Below the pieces are notes generated by a model. It was not told where the DNA came from. It saw only the letters and a program-made list of their open reading frames with translations, and did no database searches. Below are positions 24,338-37,340 of a stretch of DNA of 53,730 nucleotides, piece after piece. Positions within the stretch are counted from its first letter, which is position 1. Every line of letters starts with the position of its first letter. Position numbers and translations under genes: made by a program. The DNA is from Octopus bimaculoides (lineage: Eukaryota): positions 20,264,603-20,318,332 of the forward strand of contig NC_068985.1 of the NCBI RefSeq assembly GCF_001194135.2, written 5' to 3'.

Positions 24338-25515
24338 ATACTTTGAAAAATACATTAAAATGTTCAGTTTTACACGTTCTCAAAACGTTCTGGAAACATT
24401 TGTACTTAATAACATTATTACACAAGTAGATCATTAAAAATTAAAACGAACATTATGGATAAAAGATTGATAGACTAGCACCAAATCTGGAGACAGGGTG
24501 GGAGAGGGAGAGAGAATGGGTGAGAGAACTGTTTCTCAATCACTTAATGCCATGAGAGTTAAGATAATCGCTTGTACATCGCGACATTTCAAGGAAAATA
24601 GAAAAGTGCTATTTTCTGCTGCAAAGACAAATTGTATTTCATATAAAAATTATGAAGACTGGCTTAGAAATACTTGTTACTGATAGGAATATTCAATTTA
24701 AAGTTTATAAAATCATTAAAATCGATAATGAGCTGAAAAAGCGTTGATATTTATTATATTAATTATTCCATCGGTATAAAACGTCTCGGTAATTTAAACA
24801 CGCATACATTCACATATCTTCATTGCCCCGTTCACCAAGAATATTGATTTTTATAAAAAAAGTAGTTACAATGATACACGTTTATAGAGAACAAGAATGA
24901 GACTGTGACATTTATTCTTTTCTCAAGATTGCTAGCGACAAGTTAAGGGCTTGGCTCAGAGAGAGAGAAAGAGAGAGACAGACAGACAGAGAGACATAGA
25001 GAGAGAATGTCTGTGCAATGTTCGCTGTGTTAATACCAGATAATGATTTCATATATCTACTATTAAAAGTCAATGGAAAGTGTTAGGTTTACTTCATTGT
25101 TTGAAAGCTTCTATCATTAGTCCTGACCAGTTTATGCTGTGCAACATTTCTAAAGCTTCCATAAGCGATCGCTTATAATGTCTCAGGAAAAGAATTATTA
25201 CAAAATTTAGTGCAAATTTCCTTACATAATGAAATGAGAAAATGAAGTTTTCCGTCAGATTCAGAGTTCAAATTTCAGTTGAGATTATCCTTTCCATATT
25301 TGTAATTCAGTTTGCTGTTTGAATCGGAGTTAAAAAGCTACGGGAAATGTTTCGTCCCCCATTGGAGTTGATAAAATAAGTAACAGCAATATAACAGCTG
25401 GGGGGAACACACATACGCCATAGAAACCGGGAAACCGGGCCCATGAGCCTGGCCAGGCTTTAAAAGGGCGCATAAATAAAATATTTAAAAAATAAAAATA
25501 ATTAATTATGATGAA

Positions 25516-25816
25516 GGCGCGTGGCTTAGAGGTTAGAGTGTTGCACTCACGATCACAAGATCGTAGGTTCGATTTCCGGACCGAAAGGCGCGTTGTGTTC
25601 TTGATCAAAACACTTCTTTTCACGTTGCTCCAGTCCACTCAGCCGTAAATGGATAACCCTACGACGGAAGTACCACTCCGAACAGAGGGGTGATGATGGT
25701 CTGCTTGCCTAGCCAGCGGGGTGGTATCATTCAAAAACTAAAACGATGCAAAGCACATTGTGACCAGCGATGTATAACAACATCTGATAGTCTGGTCGAT
25801 TACGTGATTACGTGAT
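25516..25816 (+). mobile_element. tRNA-derived SINE, head D plus tail Y
   Basis: ggcgcgtggcttagaggttag, ggttcgatttcc and ttcacgttgctccagtccactcagc shared with 46912; tail ends (tacgtgat)x2. Confidence 0.85.
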
Positions 25817-26461
25817 GATCAACTGCAGACAAGCGAATCGACTGAGTCATTAGAGCATCGGATAAATTGCCGTACAGGTTTCATTACGGCTCTCTGTACT
25901 CTGTGTTCAAATACCGCAGAGGAGAAATTTGCCTTTGATTATTATGGAGTCGATAGATATAGTGCCATTTCTCTACTTGGAAATATTCTTCTCTTTCTTT
26001 CTGTTTGACTCTCTCCTGTCGCCTCGCTCTCTCTCTCCCCTCTCTCTCACTCTCCGTTCTCTCTCTCTCCGTTCTCTCTCTCTCTCTCCCCTCTGTGGAA
26101 GAAATCGAATATGGTCAGGTCTGGAGAGGGATGGGCTCTTCCAGGTCTAATAATAATCAAGACATGCCATTTTTCACGACAGCTCCCCTCGATTATGTCG
26201 GGTTGAGGGCCCATCTATCTATTCTAACAATCTTTTAGGGTATCTAAAATTAAACATTATCTAATCTGTACTCCCTTTTTCAAAGACGTCAGAGTGCGAC
26301 TTTTGGTCGCTATAAATTAATGCCACAGATCAATACGTACGTATTATAGTAAAATGCAAAGCTAATTATTTAACATGTTAGCTAGCTGCAAACTAATATA
26401 AAGACAATGTCATAATATTGTTAGATTTTAACCAAATACTTGGTCATTAATATTGATTTTA

Positions 26462-26666
26462 AATTTTGGCAAAATGCCAGAAATTTTGGTGGATGGAGTA
26501 AGTCGATTACATCGACCCCAATGTTCAACTGCTACTTATTTTTTCAACCCCGAAAGGATGAAAGGTAAAGCCGACCTTGGCAGAATTTGAACTTAGAACG
26601 TAAAGGCGGACGAAATGCCGCAAAGCGTTTTGCCTAGCGTGTTAATGATTTCGCCAGCGCGCAGCC
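26462..26666 (-). mobile_element. SINE family B, full length
   Basis: Reverse complement reads ggctgcgcgctggcgaaatcatt...aagttcaaattctgcc...aaaatttctggc. Confidence 0.9.
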
Positions 26667-26692
26667 TTTACTTGGTCATTAACTCGTAAAAA

Positions 26693-26897
26693 AGGCAGTG
26701 AGCTGAAAGGATCGTTAGCACGCCGGGCAAAATACTTAGCAGCATTTTGTCTATCTTCACGTTCTGAGTTCAAATTGCGCCGAGGTCGATATTGCCTTTC
26801 ATCCTGTTGGAGTCGGTAAAATATATACCAGTTAAACACTGGCATCGACTTAGCCCCTTCCTCTAAAATTATTGGCTTTGTGCCAAAATTTGAAAGC
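26693..26897 (+). mobile_element. SINE family B, full length
   Basis: ggcagtgagctg...gagttcaaattgcgccgaggtcga...gtgccaaaatttgaaagc. Confidence 0.9.
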
Positions 26898-27150
26898 AAT
26901 ACTAACTTGTAATCAAATGCTTAGCTTAAATGACGTCAAAACGTATTTCTCGTTTTAAGACTCGTGTTATATATACATATCACAGTTGATGGGAGAGAAA
27001 TGCATTAATGAAATACATAGCTATTTCTTTCTCATACCAAACGTATAGCATTTAGTTTGGACGTCATTGACATTCCCTAATCATTACCAATTATCCATTT
27101 ACATTGAGAAAAATAGATGAAAGAAAAACATAAAAGTCAGTATTCGCTAT

Positions 27151-27458
27151 TTATCTTTTACTTGCTTCACTCTTAGACTGAGGTCATGCTGGAGCACCGC
27201 CTTGAAGAATTTTAGCCGAACCGCTATGTTACAGGGGACGTAAACACACCAACACCGGTTGTCATGTGGTGGAGGACAAACATAAACACAATGATACACA
27301 CACACACGACGGACTTTCAGTTTCCGCCTTCCAAATCCACTTTAGTCGGTCCGAGGCTATATTTGAAGACACTTGCCTTAGGTGTCATGCAGTGGGATTG
27401 AACCCAGAACCACGTAGTTGAGAAACAAACATCTTACCACACAACCACGTCTACGTCT
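27151..27458 (-). mobile_element. SINE family A with internal (CA)n
   Basis: catgctggagcaccgccttgaag, gaagacacttgcc, gggattgaaccc. Confidence 0.88.
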
Positions 27459-28330
27459 ATATTGATGTATTTTTTTTATTTACTGTGATATTTGCATTTC
27501 CGTTTCATAACTGTTAATGATAATATTTTCAGATTAATTACAATAATTATTAAAATAAACACGGATATTTTGGCATTTAGGATTTGAAAGTTAGAGATAT
27601 TTTTCTAGTTAAAATAGATATTCATGTGTTCTTGTGCTGAGTATGTTAGAGACCTAACGGTATTATGACATATACTTTGAATTAGTTCGCAGCTGACAAT
27701 CTCGGCTTGTATCTCGAACAATTAGCTTACACTCTTCAACTGTAATGGCTGTGTATTGATCTAATGCGATTACTAATCTCTTCTGAAATCAAAACGTGGT
27801 TATCCTCACGATCAACTAATCTAGCCTATTTTCTCCGGCTCGTTTCTCCAATGCAACGTAACAACAATGTTAGACTGAAATGGGGACAGCGATAACAATT
27901 TCCGTTGGTGCCCAACCACGAAATCTTTTAAGTACTTAATCAGTTTTTACATATATTGATGTGTTGCCGTTGCTCATCCTTGTTTATCTAATTGCAATAA
28001 TACAATATTCTATAGTTAGTACTAACACAAAGAATATCTGAAAGCGCTTTTTAATGACCATGATAAAGATTTCGTCTCTTAGTGTGACATCTTGGTTTCT
28101 CTTTGACCATTACCTTATGTTTTAAGCAATTTGAAAGAAAGGAAATGGTTTTAAATAAATTGATAGCGAAGAGTGTCATTTTTAATGCATTTACTATACA
28201 CGCTGACTTCGAATAAATGTAAATACATGAAGAACAACCTATAATTTTCATCTTAGTGTTAAAATAATCCGTCGGTAACACAAAATTTAAAGCTAAATAG
28301 CCACCATTTTTCTTGATAATTTTTCCACAT

Positions 28331-28746
28331 AGGCGCAGGCGTGGCTGAGTAGTAAGAAACTTGCTTCCGAACCACATGGTTCGGGGTTCAGTCCCACTGC
28401 GTGGTACCTTGGGTAAGTGTCTTCTACTATAACCATGAGCCAAGCAAAGCTTTGTGAATTGATTTGGTAGACAGAAACTAAAAGAAGCCCGTCGTATATA
28501 TATTTATATATGTGTGTGTGTCTTTGTGTCTGTGTTTGTCTCCCACACCATGGCTTGACAATCGTGACAATCGGTGCTGGAGTGTTTATGTCCCCGTAAC
28601 TTAGCAGCTCGGCAACATATACCGATAGAATAAGTGTCAGGCTTTTAAAAAATAAGTACTGGGGTTGATACATTCAACTAAAGATTTTCCAAGGCGGTAC
28701 TCCAGCATGGCCGCAGTCTAATGACTGAAATAAGTGAAAAGATGAA
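28331..28746 (+). mobile_element. SINE family A, full length
   Basis: aggcgcaggcgtggctgagtagtaag A-box, gggttcagtccc B-box, CORE-like accttgggtaagtgtc, internal (TA)(GT), tail. Confidence 0.92.
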
Positions 28747-30359
28747 AAAAATAGTATCGTTCACTCACAACACTGTCTGATCTATTGCGTTATTTGTAAA
28801 TAAATCAGACTGAAATTGTAAGGATTTCTATATCAATGAACATTAAGTTTGTTACTACGCCATCGTACACTAACTACATCATTTTTATGAATGGTTAAAA
28901 CGATGTTAATAGCTGATACAAAGAAATATGTCAACATAATGTAACAGTATATACAGGTTAGCTGTTAAATTTAGTCTAAATAAACTCCTTTGTAAGATCA
29001 GTCGATAAATTATTGAAATGGAAAATTTAATTGTGTAACTCAAAGTAAATTCTTTTTAGGCAAATATATAAATTCACATGGTATGTCTATGGTGACAGCT
29101 TTAATCTTAAAACTTTTATGTACATAAATATCGAGTAAATATTAATAATCTTTACGGGCTTTTGTCCACCACATCGATAACTTTTTATTAGAATTGTTAG
29201 GCAGGCAATCAGATATTAGACAAAAACAACCGTTAAAACAAGGCTGAATTTGAATATGTAGGAACCTAAGTCTATAACTTTACGATTTAAAGCATTAATA
29301 AAAAGTAACATAATAAAAAAGACTAATTTTATTTATTTTTCTAGCCTAAAAATTTCCGTTTCTCTGAAGGTGAACTCGGGTCACATAGAATTATGCATTT
29401 ATATTAAAGCAACTGAAAATTATTTATACATACACATGACGCACACGAGCGCGCGCGTGTAATGTTTGAAGTAAAGTTTTCATAAACAGCAATGATTAGA
29501 AATATATATACGTGTCTATTTGTGGTATGCCCGTTCGATGATGTCTAAAACTTAGCAAATCCCAGCACACTGACTTATTACCTCAAGTTTCAGTTGAAAT
29601 ACAAACTGTTCAGTATGGAATGCTTGTTTCTGAGGATTCTTAAGATTCTCCTAGCGATAGGTGTTCTAGTTAGTACGTTAAACGAGAACGCAAAGCTCAC
29701 CCAAGGCAATGATATTTGTTTATAAACAGCTCGTGGCAACGTTTACGCAAAACGTATTCGTGAGCTTTGCTTCGCGGCAAAATATATTCTGAGATTTCAA
29801 AAATGTTTATGTTATTGGTGAATTTGCTGTTGCAAGTCTACACAAAATTACTCTGAATCTTAACTTTATTTAAAATAAAGGGCTAATAATGCATAACCTG
29901 TGTCTAAGTTTCAACTGATTAAGGGGTTTCAATCAACTGGTTAAGGGTTCCTGCTGCTGTTTATTAGCACAATGTTATTTAAAAGATACTAGCACACAAC
30001 ATATAAAACTGGTGTGACAGAAACAGTATAATTGCAGATTAAATAATTATTGTCATGGGAATGTTTCCCAGGGATACATTTTGCACGAAGCATATATATA
30101 TATATATATTAAAAGGCGCAGGGGTGGAATGAATAACATAATTAATGTAGTGAGCAAAAAAATTAATCGGTTAAAATTACACAGGTAATGAAGGTGGAAA
30201 TCATTAGTGTTAATGATTTTTTTGCAAAAGAAAATGAAACTGATTATACATTGAGAAGGAGGATGTTGTGTAAAGTCGGTTTGACCTTTTCTAAGTATGA
30301 AGGTCATGCTTTCTAGCCATGATTCTATAGTATTTTCATTTGCCCTAAGTTGGTTCTTT

Positions 30360-30640
30360 TGCGGCAGACTCTTTGATGAAAGCTGCTCTGACTATGACCA
30401 TCCTGTATTGCTATTTATGTCAGGACAGCTCTGGTACGGTTGACTTGATATCAAAGTCATTCCATCAACGATCATGTAGCTGTTTAGCTCCAGGTCAGCG
30501 CTGATGTAGCTAATCTTAAACATAAAAATCAAAGACGTTACAGTTATGAACATACCATATTGTTGATCAGATTCAAGTTAGCTCTTATCCAGCAGACCCA
30601 TCATCAAAAGTGTTAAGAACGAAGTCATGCCATGAGCAAT
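30360..30640 (+). repeat. Degenerate tandem units of a dispersed repeat (family E)
   Basis: Recurrent cagac..tgat.aaag / atcaaag / atgaccatcc-like motifs; related strings at ~1827 and 18811. Confidence 0.45.
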
Positions 30641-31039
30641 CCGTCATCGTCGTCTATGAAAGACTACATCATCTAAATTATTTAATTCTTTTTTAAGGAA
30701 GTAGGAGATAAGTTGAGGGAATATATTTGTTCTTTCTGACAGCTCTCATGTTAGATTTTTCTGGGAACGTGGGAGAACTCCATTAACTACTTTATAAGTT
30801 TGATTATGTCCATATTGCTTCTTGCCTCAGATCCTAGTGCAAACCGTCCATCGATAAAGCATTTACTTAACTTGTCTTGCACCCTCAACTTTTTGATAGC
30901 CATACATCGTGTCTCGAGTATTTTTACAGCAGTTTAAGCCCACCTCGCTCCAGAATTGAACACAGACGATTTCTTCCGATTTAAGAGGAAGTCTGACTGA
31001 TCGATCGACCGAGCGAAAGAGGGAAAAGAATTCCTCTCA

Positions 31040-31350
31040 GTATATGACTGGTACTTTATTTTTCGATTTCAAAAGGATGAAATATAAAGTTGACTTTGGT
31101 GGGATTTGAACTCAGAACGTAGAGAGCCAGAACAATAAACGCGAAACAAACTAGACAACACTAACAAATCTGATAATCGACCTTTCTCAGACATACTCTA
31201 ATAATGGTTTCAAATTTTAGCACAAGACCAGCAATTTTAGGAGAGCGGGTAAGTCGATCACATTGACTTATTTTATCGACACTGGAAAGACGAAAGGCAG
31301 AGTCGACCTCGGTGAAATTTGAACTCACAACGTAAAGACAGGAGACAAAC
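31040..31350 (-). mobile_element. Two adjacent SINE family B fragments
   Basis: gatttgaactcagaacg at ~31083-31099 and aaatttgaactcacaacg at ~31315-31332. Confidence 0.82.
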
Positions 31351-32047
31351 ATATACTCTAATAATATATGAAAATCATTTCCTCATCAATCTCATATAAA
31401 CATTAACGACTGTTTCTTACAGTAATATGAAGACTTCAGCGCTAAGTGAAGGGAATATTAAATGTTTTAGAAAGAGTGCTATATTTTGTGTAGATAACAT
31501 ACAAAAAGTAAAGGCGAACGTATAAGAGAAAACTTAATAGAAATCGTACCAACGCGACCCTTACTGATGCTGCAATGCAATAATTAACACAACACCATAA
31601 ATCTGCTGACGATATTCGCTTTTACGTAAATACTTATACACATCAACATAGTAATTCTGTAATTGATTAGAATCCTGTAAATGCATATCAGCGTATGTAT
31701 TTGTTGTAAATCTGTTTCTCATTTTAAGGCAGAAATTGAATCGTATTCTCTTACATTGGCATTGAAAATAGCAACTTTGAGCTGATTCTTTAGACTCTTT
31801 TGAAGAAAAGGCAAATCTATTTACCTTTCAGTATACACTCTCAACGACTAAACTTAGATTTTATTTCTTTTTAGTGATGGAAATGTATACATCTAAATAC
31901 GCGTAAGCATTTATATAAAGCCATCTCAAAAGCGAATATACATGGAAGCACAAGATTCAAAACTGCTTACAGACTTATTGCGTAGCTCAGAGACGTATGT
32001 TATATCAATACATCAAGCAAAGAGTCAAACACTGGGATCGTTTAAAC

Positions 32048-32391
32048 CAGTGGTTCTCAACCGGGGTCCATATGACCCCTGAGGGTCCATATAAGATTTT
32101 AGGGAGTCCACACAGAAAAATAGTAAATTGAGGATCCACAATAGTATTTTAAGGACCCCTGAAAAATTTTGCTTTAGATGTATGTATAGGTATGTATTGC
32201 AAGAAACAGCTAGGTTTCTTTCTCATTTTATATAGTTCAACCTGCACAAATTAATGTGTGAAAAGCAAAATAGAAATTTTGAATGAAGTATCGAGAAAAC
32301 TAGTTTTTAAACATCGAACGGCTATTAGGATCCACCAGAATAAAATAGTAATCAAAGGGTTCCATAGATGAAAAATGGTTGAGAAACCCTG
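32048..32391. mobile_element. hAT-superfamily MITE (344 bp)
   Basis: TIRs cagtggttctcaacc and ggttgagaaaccctg; 8-bp TSD gtttaaac (32040-32047) and gttcaaac (32392-32399). Confidence 0.92.
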
Positions 32392-33013
32392 GTTCAAACC
32401 GACTGCGTCCCACCCCAAATATTTGAGGTCTTCTCCCTCTGATGTTAGAATCCTCCGTTATGATTTTAGAGGTTTATATTGGTTGAAGCACCTATACTTC
32501 TTTCATGCCCTAACATTTCCAGTAGGCATCTTAAAGATCACGTTGATCCTATAGCTTCTTTAGTGCGTTTTCCGGTCGAAAAGCAGAATGATATTTTTGT
32601 CAAAGAATGATATCCAAAAGTATGCAAATTTTATAAAACGAGGAAAAAAGTTTGAGAAAAACAGTTGACTAGTCGAATTCTTGCCAACGTGTATTACTAC
32701 ATTTGTCTGTTTGCTAAGTTGGTAAGTTACTAAACTACAAATATAATGGCACTGATGTCGTTAGTGTAGTGCTAAAACAATAGAAGGAAAGAAATTACAT
32801 TTATTTCGCAATGGGTGAACATAACTAGTTGTAGGTTTTCCAATGGCGCGATTAATAGTTCACTCTGTTTCTCTCGGCAACAGTGAAAGGGGATCCTAGA
32901 ACTGGATGCAGAATAAATTTTCCGCAGAACTTCGGCTCTTAAAGCACTAATTTTCCGTTTTCTCGTCGATATATATTGGCACAAAAAAATTATACACACA
33001 CACACAACACAAC

Positions 33014-33097
33014 ACAACATATACAAACAAACATACATACATACATACATACATACATACATACATACATACATACGTACATACATACATACATACA

Positions 33098-33125
<28 letters not shown>
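33014..33125. repeat. (CATA)n microsatellite
   Basis: Direct reading. Confidence 0.95.
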
Positions 33126-33128
<3 letters not shown>

Positions 33129-33530
33129 GTGTATACGTAGATTATAACTAGACTCACAAACTTCATATCGCTGAATGAATAACCTTGTATCCGGGCTTAT
33201 ACAATTTCACTTGTATCTGTTACCAAAGGTGCATTGGTTGTGTAGCAACAGACTAGCGTAGCAAAAACAAAATGCCGGTGTTTACCAAAAGAAAAGAAAG
33301 AAAAAGTAAACAGACTTGCACCCTCCAAATCTAATCGGTTACTGTTACATATGGGATTTGTAAAACATTTCTAAGATTCTTCATTTAACTTTTCTCGAAT
33401 GCACATATGCACTCAATCACATATGTGCTTATCGCCTGCACATACATACATAAAGGTAATCACACAGCCATGGACTATATTGAAGAGACATGTACAGCCA
33501 TTATATGAGAGTAGTTATATTCACGCATAC

Positions 33531-33565
<35 letters not shown>

Positions 33566-33763
33566 ATCGTATCGTAGGCCTCCGTCGGTCATGGCTGACC
33601 ATGGATGATGTCATCCGTCCGTTGAGTTGTCTATTCAGTTTTTGCAACGCCTCCTGTGGCTGTAGAGGTCAATACGAGAGTGGCAGTCTCGTTTGCAGAG
33701 GTCACACCTATACGTTGAATCCGGTCTGTTGGCTGTCATTTCTTTTCTGCGGGTTCAGTTTTC

Positions 33764-34143
33764 NNNNNNNNNNNNNNNNNNNNNNNNNNNNNNNNNNNNN
33801 NNNNNNNNNNNNNNNNNNNNNNNNNNNNNNNNNNNNNNNNNNNNNNNNNNNNNNNNNNNNNNNNNNNNNNNNNNNNNNNNNNNNNNNNNNNNNNNNNNNN
33901 NNNNNNNNNNNNNNNNNNNNNNNNNNNNNNNNNNNNNNNNNNNNNNNNNNNNNNNNNNNNNNNNNNNNNNNNNNNNNNNNNNNNNNNNNNNNNNNNNNNN
34001 NNNNNNNNNNNNNNNNNNNNNNNNNNNNNNNNNNNNNNNNNNNNNNNNNNNNNNNNNNNNNNNNNNNNNNNNNNNNNNNNNNNNNNNNNNNNNNNNNNNN
34101 NNNNNNNNNNNNNNNNNNNNNNNNNNNNNNNNNNNNNNNNNNN
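33764..34143. other. Assembly gap
   Basis: 380 N, followed by a SINE-B tail. Confidence 1.
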
Positions 34144-35255
34144 GATAAAATAAGTACCAGTTGAGCAGTGGGAACGATATAACAGACAAATTCCTAAAAA
34201 TGCCTTGACTCAAAGAAAATAATCTTTGTTACTTTGTTGGCGACCAGCTACAATTGATACCACGATAGAACCACATTGTTACGAAGGGAACTTCTCAACT
34301 TAACAGTCACGTGTTCCTGAAATATGCATTACGCAATATACATAGATATTGGTTTCAAATTTTGGCACAAGGCAAGCAATTTCGGGAAAGTTGGTAAGTC
34401 GGTTACATCGACCCCGGAGCGCAATTGTCGCATCCTCTTCAACTTCACTTATAACCAACGATACGTTTGTTTGAGAGATCACGAACGTCACGACATGACA
34501 TACTATATGTTTCTTCCTTTTAAAATGTAAGTGCTTTGTGTCTGTTCGAAAAAATTCACCGTAATCTACTGGCAAAGAATATGGCTTCGTTTTCTATAGA
34601 CAAAAGACTTTTAATTTATGCTTTCGTTTTGGAAAGAGAGTGAGATATTGCAACGCTTTTTTCCCTGAAAAATGTAAATATGCAAAATAAATTTTACGCT
34701 TTGACGTTTGTGTTATCCCAACAACCTTGTTAGAGAAATAATATAAAATATTGAGAAAACAATATAGAAATTATTTCCAGTTGACAGGAAAATATTTTGC
34801 CAATAAATTTCTCATGTTCTTTTTTTTAAAATCAATTTTAAAGAATACATCTGCAATCAGATCTCAACACACACACACAAAATATATTATATATTCGTCT
34901 AAGAATTCATAAGTCGGAAAAGATATGCACTCGTATGGATACTTGCCATCTCTGAAGCGCATGTGTTACTGCTTAACCGTGCTGTTATCGAATATCTGGT
35001 TAACTAATATCCAGTGCGAAACCGATTGGTAAGATCGGCTGAAACGTATCTATCTNNNNNNNNNNATATATATACATGTATGTATGTATGACTGTATGTA
35101 TGTATGCATGTGTGTATATCTATATTATTTCAAAGATATAAATACCTCTTAAAGGGCTGTCAGGATCCAAGTTCCCCGGTTTTATCCAGTGTATCAGTCA
35201 AATACTAAAAGGTGTTTGCTTCACATTGATGGATATGAGTAAATTACCGTTTATG

Positions 35256-36494
35256 TATAAGAAAAAGAAGAAAATAGAGAAATTGACATATAGACATCAA
35301 TTTATTTCGAACAATATCAAACTCATAGAACCTACAATTACTTCCATGTCCAATCAATTAATTCAAATTAGAAAAATTGAATTAAATATTGAATTAAATA
35401 TTCATATTGAATTATAATTAATTGAACATTTCGTCAGGGTCAGAACCTGATAGAAAAAAGGAACTACATCCCAATGTGTTGATATATCATTGGTAGACTC
35501 AGCATTAAATTCAGATATGTACGTTTGTGCATTCTAATGTATTTCAAAAAATCAGTTACTTGTATATATGCAACTTTGTTTTAATTTATTTTTGCGGGTG
35601 CGTGTGTTAATGTGTTGATAAGCAAAGGAGACGTTAGGTTGCCTAAACGATATTTTGATACGGTTAATTGTAATTAAAAACACTTATTCCTAATTTTCAT
35701 TATTACCTGTGAGAGTACGAAATGTCAGCAAGGTTTTTTTCATCACTTAAGTATTATATTGTAAGTCACCTCTAGTATTTATAATTAAATAGTAATTTTT
35801 AATTTTTATAAAAACGTATCTTAGAAAATTATAATTATAATTAAACTATTAAGTAATATTAAAATAAAAACGCAACGTATTAATTGGATAATGGATTAAA
35901 TTTATTAATTTTAATTATATTAATGTTAATGTATTCCTCGATTGTAATCGTATGTATCTTTTTCTCATTATAATAATAAAAAAATATATTGTGCATAAAT
36001 CTTGATGACGTATTATGCAGCTATGGTAAATAGTACACAGTTTGAATTCGTCATCGTCATGTAGTATACAGTATACAATAGATATATTTATGATTTAAAT
36101 TATACTAAATAAATTAGTATTTAATTGTTAATATTAACAACTATAACCAAGAATCTTTGAAAATAATTCTTAGTGAATATTATAAAAAAAAAAATTAAAT
36201 AAAAAGTATGTTGTACACAAGTCTTGTTGACGTAATATACTGCTACCGTGTTATGTAAACTGACTGAATTTTCGTCATAGTCACGTGGTACATAGTTAAA
36301 GTAACTATGTATGATTTATGTTCAATTAACTATAATTCAATATGAGTCTTTAATTTAATTTTTCTAATTTGAATTTATTGATTGGACATGGAAACAATTG
36401 TAGGTTCTATGAGTTTGATACAGTTCGAAATTGGATTTGTTTCAATAAATTGGTGTCTTTATGTCAATTTCTCCATTTTCTTCTTTTTCTTATA
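35256..36494. repeat. Long inverted repeat: arms 35256-35429 and 36318-36494 around an 888-bp AT-rich spacer
   Basis: Manual alignment: 12 mismatches in 162 aligned bp plus 12-bp and 15-bp indels. Confidence 0.95.
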
Positions 36495-36799
36495 TAGTTT
36501 TGTATTGTGAGTGATTTACGCGTCGTTTGTCATTTGCAAGATAGGGCTGTAGTCTAATCCCAAGTAAATTCTATCCACCATGGACTGCTCTTTACGTATT
36601 TGGTAATGCTGAATTTTAAGAAAACTGTTTTCTTGCATTTCTTGCCATATGGTAATTAATATTCTATTCAAATATACTTCTGAAACATTTGTTCTGGAAG
36701 ACGTGCTATGTCAGGTTTAACTTCCTTTGCCCCTAGCAGCATAGATAATCATACGGAGTATTAATGTTTGAGTGCACAAACACACGCGTGCACGAGAAG

Positions 36800-36988
36800 A
36801 AACACACACACACACACACACATACACACACACACATAGCTATACATACATACAAACACACATCACAGATACATACACATAAACGCACATACGCATTAAA
36901 CACTGATTAGCGACGAAGTAAATCACCAGCTTTGAATGAAACTTGTGTGCGTTTAAATTATATATGTGTGTGTGCGTATATATATATA

Positions 36989-37019
<31 letters not shown>

Positions 37020-37114
37020 ATGTATTCATGTAGATAGATAAATAGACGCATACACAGACACACACGTGCATACACGCATGCATACAGACACACACACACA
37101 CACACAGATATATG

Positions 37115-37149
<35 letters not shown>

Positions 37150-37266
37150 TTGTGTGAATATAAATGGCTCAGACCAGGAAATATCAATATCGAATATACA
37201 TACACACATGTATGTGAAAAGATAAATAAATGAATATATTTGTGTACATATATATATAAATGTGTT

Positions 37267-37337
<71 letters not shown>
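36800..37337. repeat. Compound CA/TA/GT/GA microsatellite field
   Basis: Direct reading. Confidence 0.95.

Positions 37338-37340
<3 letters not shown>

Noticed and set aside
33565-33763. GC-richer segment resembling a LINE end before a gap
   Set aside because: No coding motif and truncated by the gap; family not assignable
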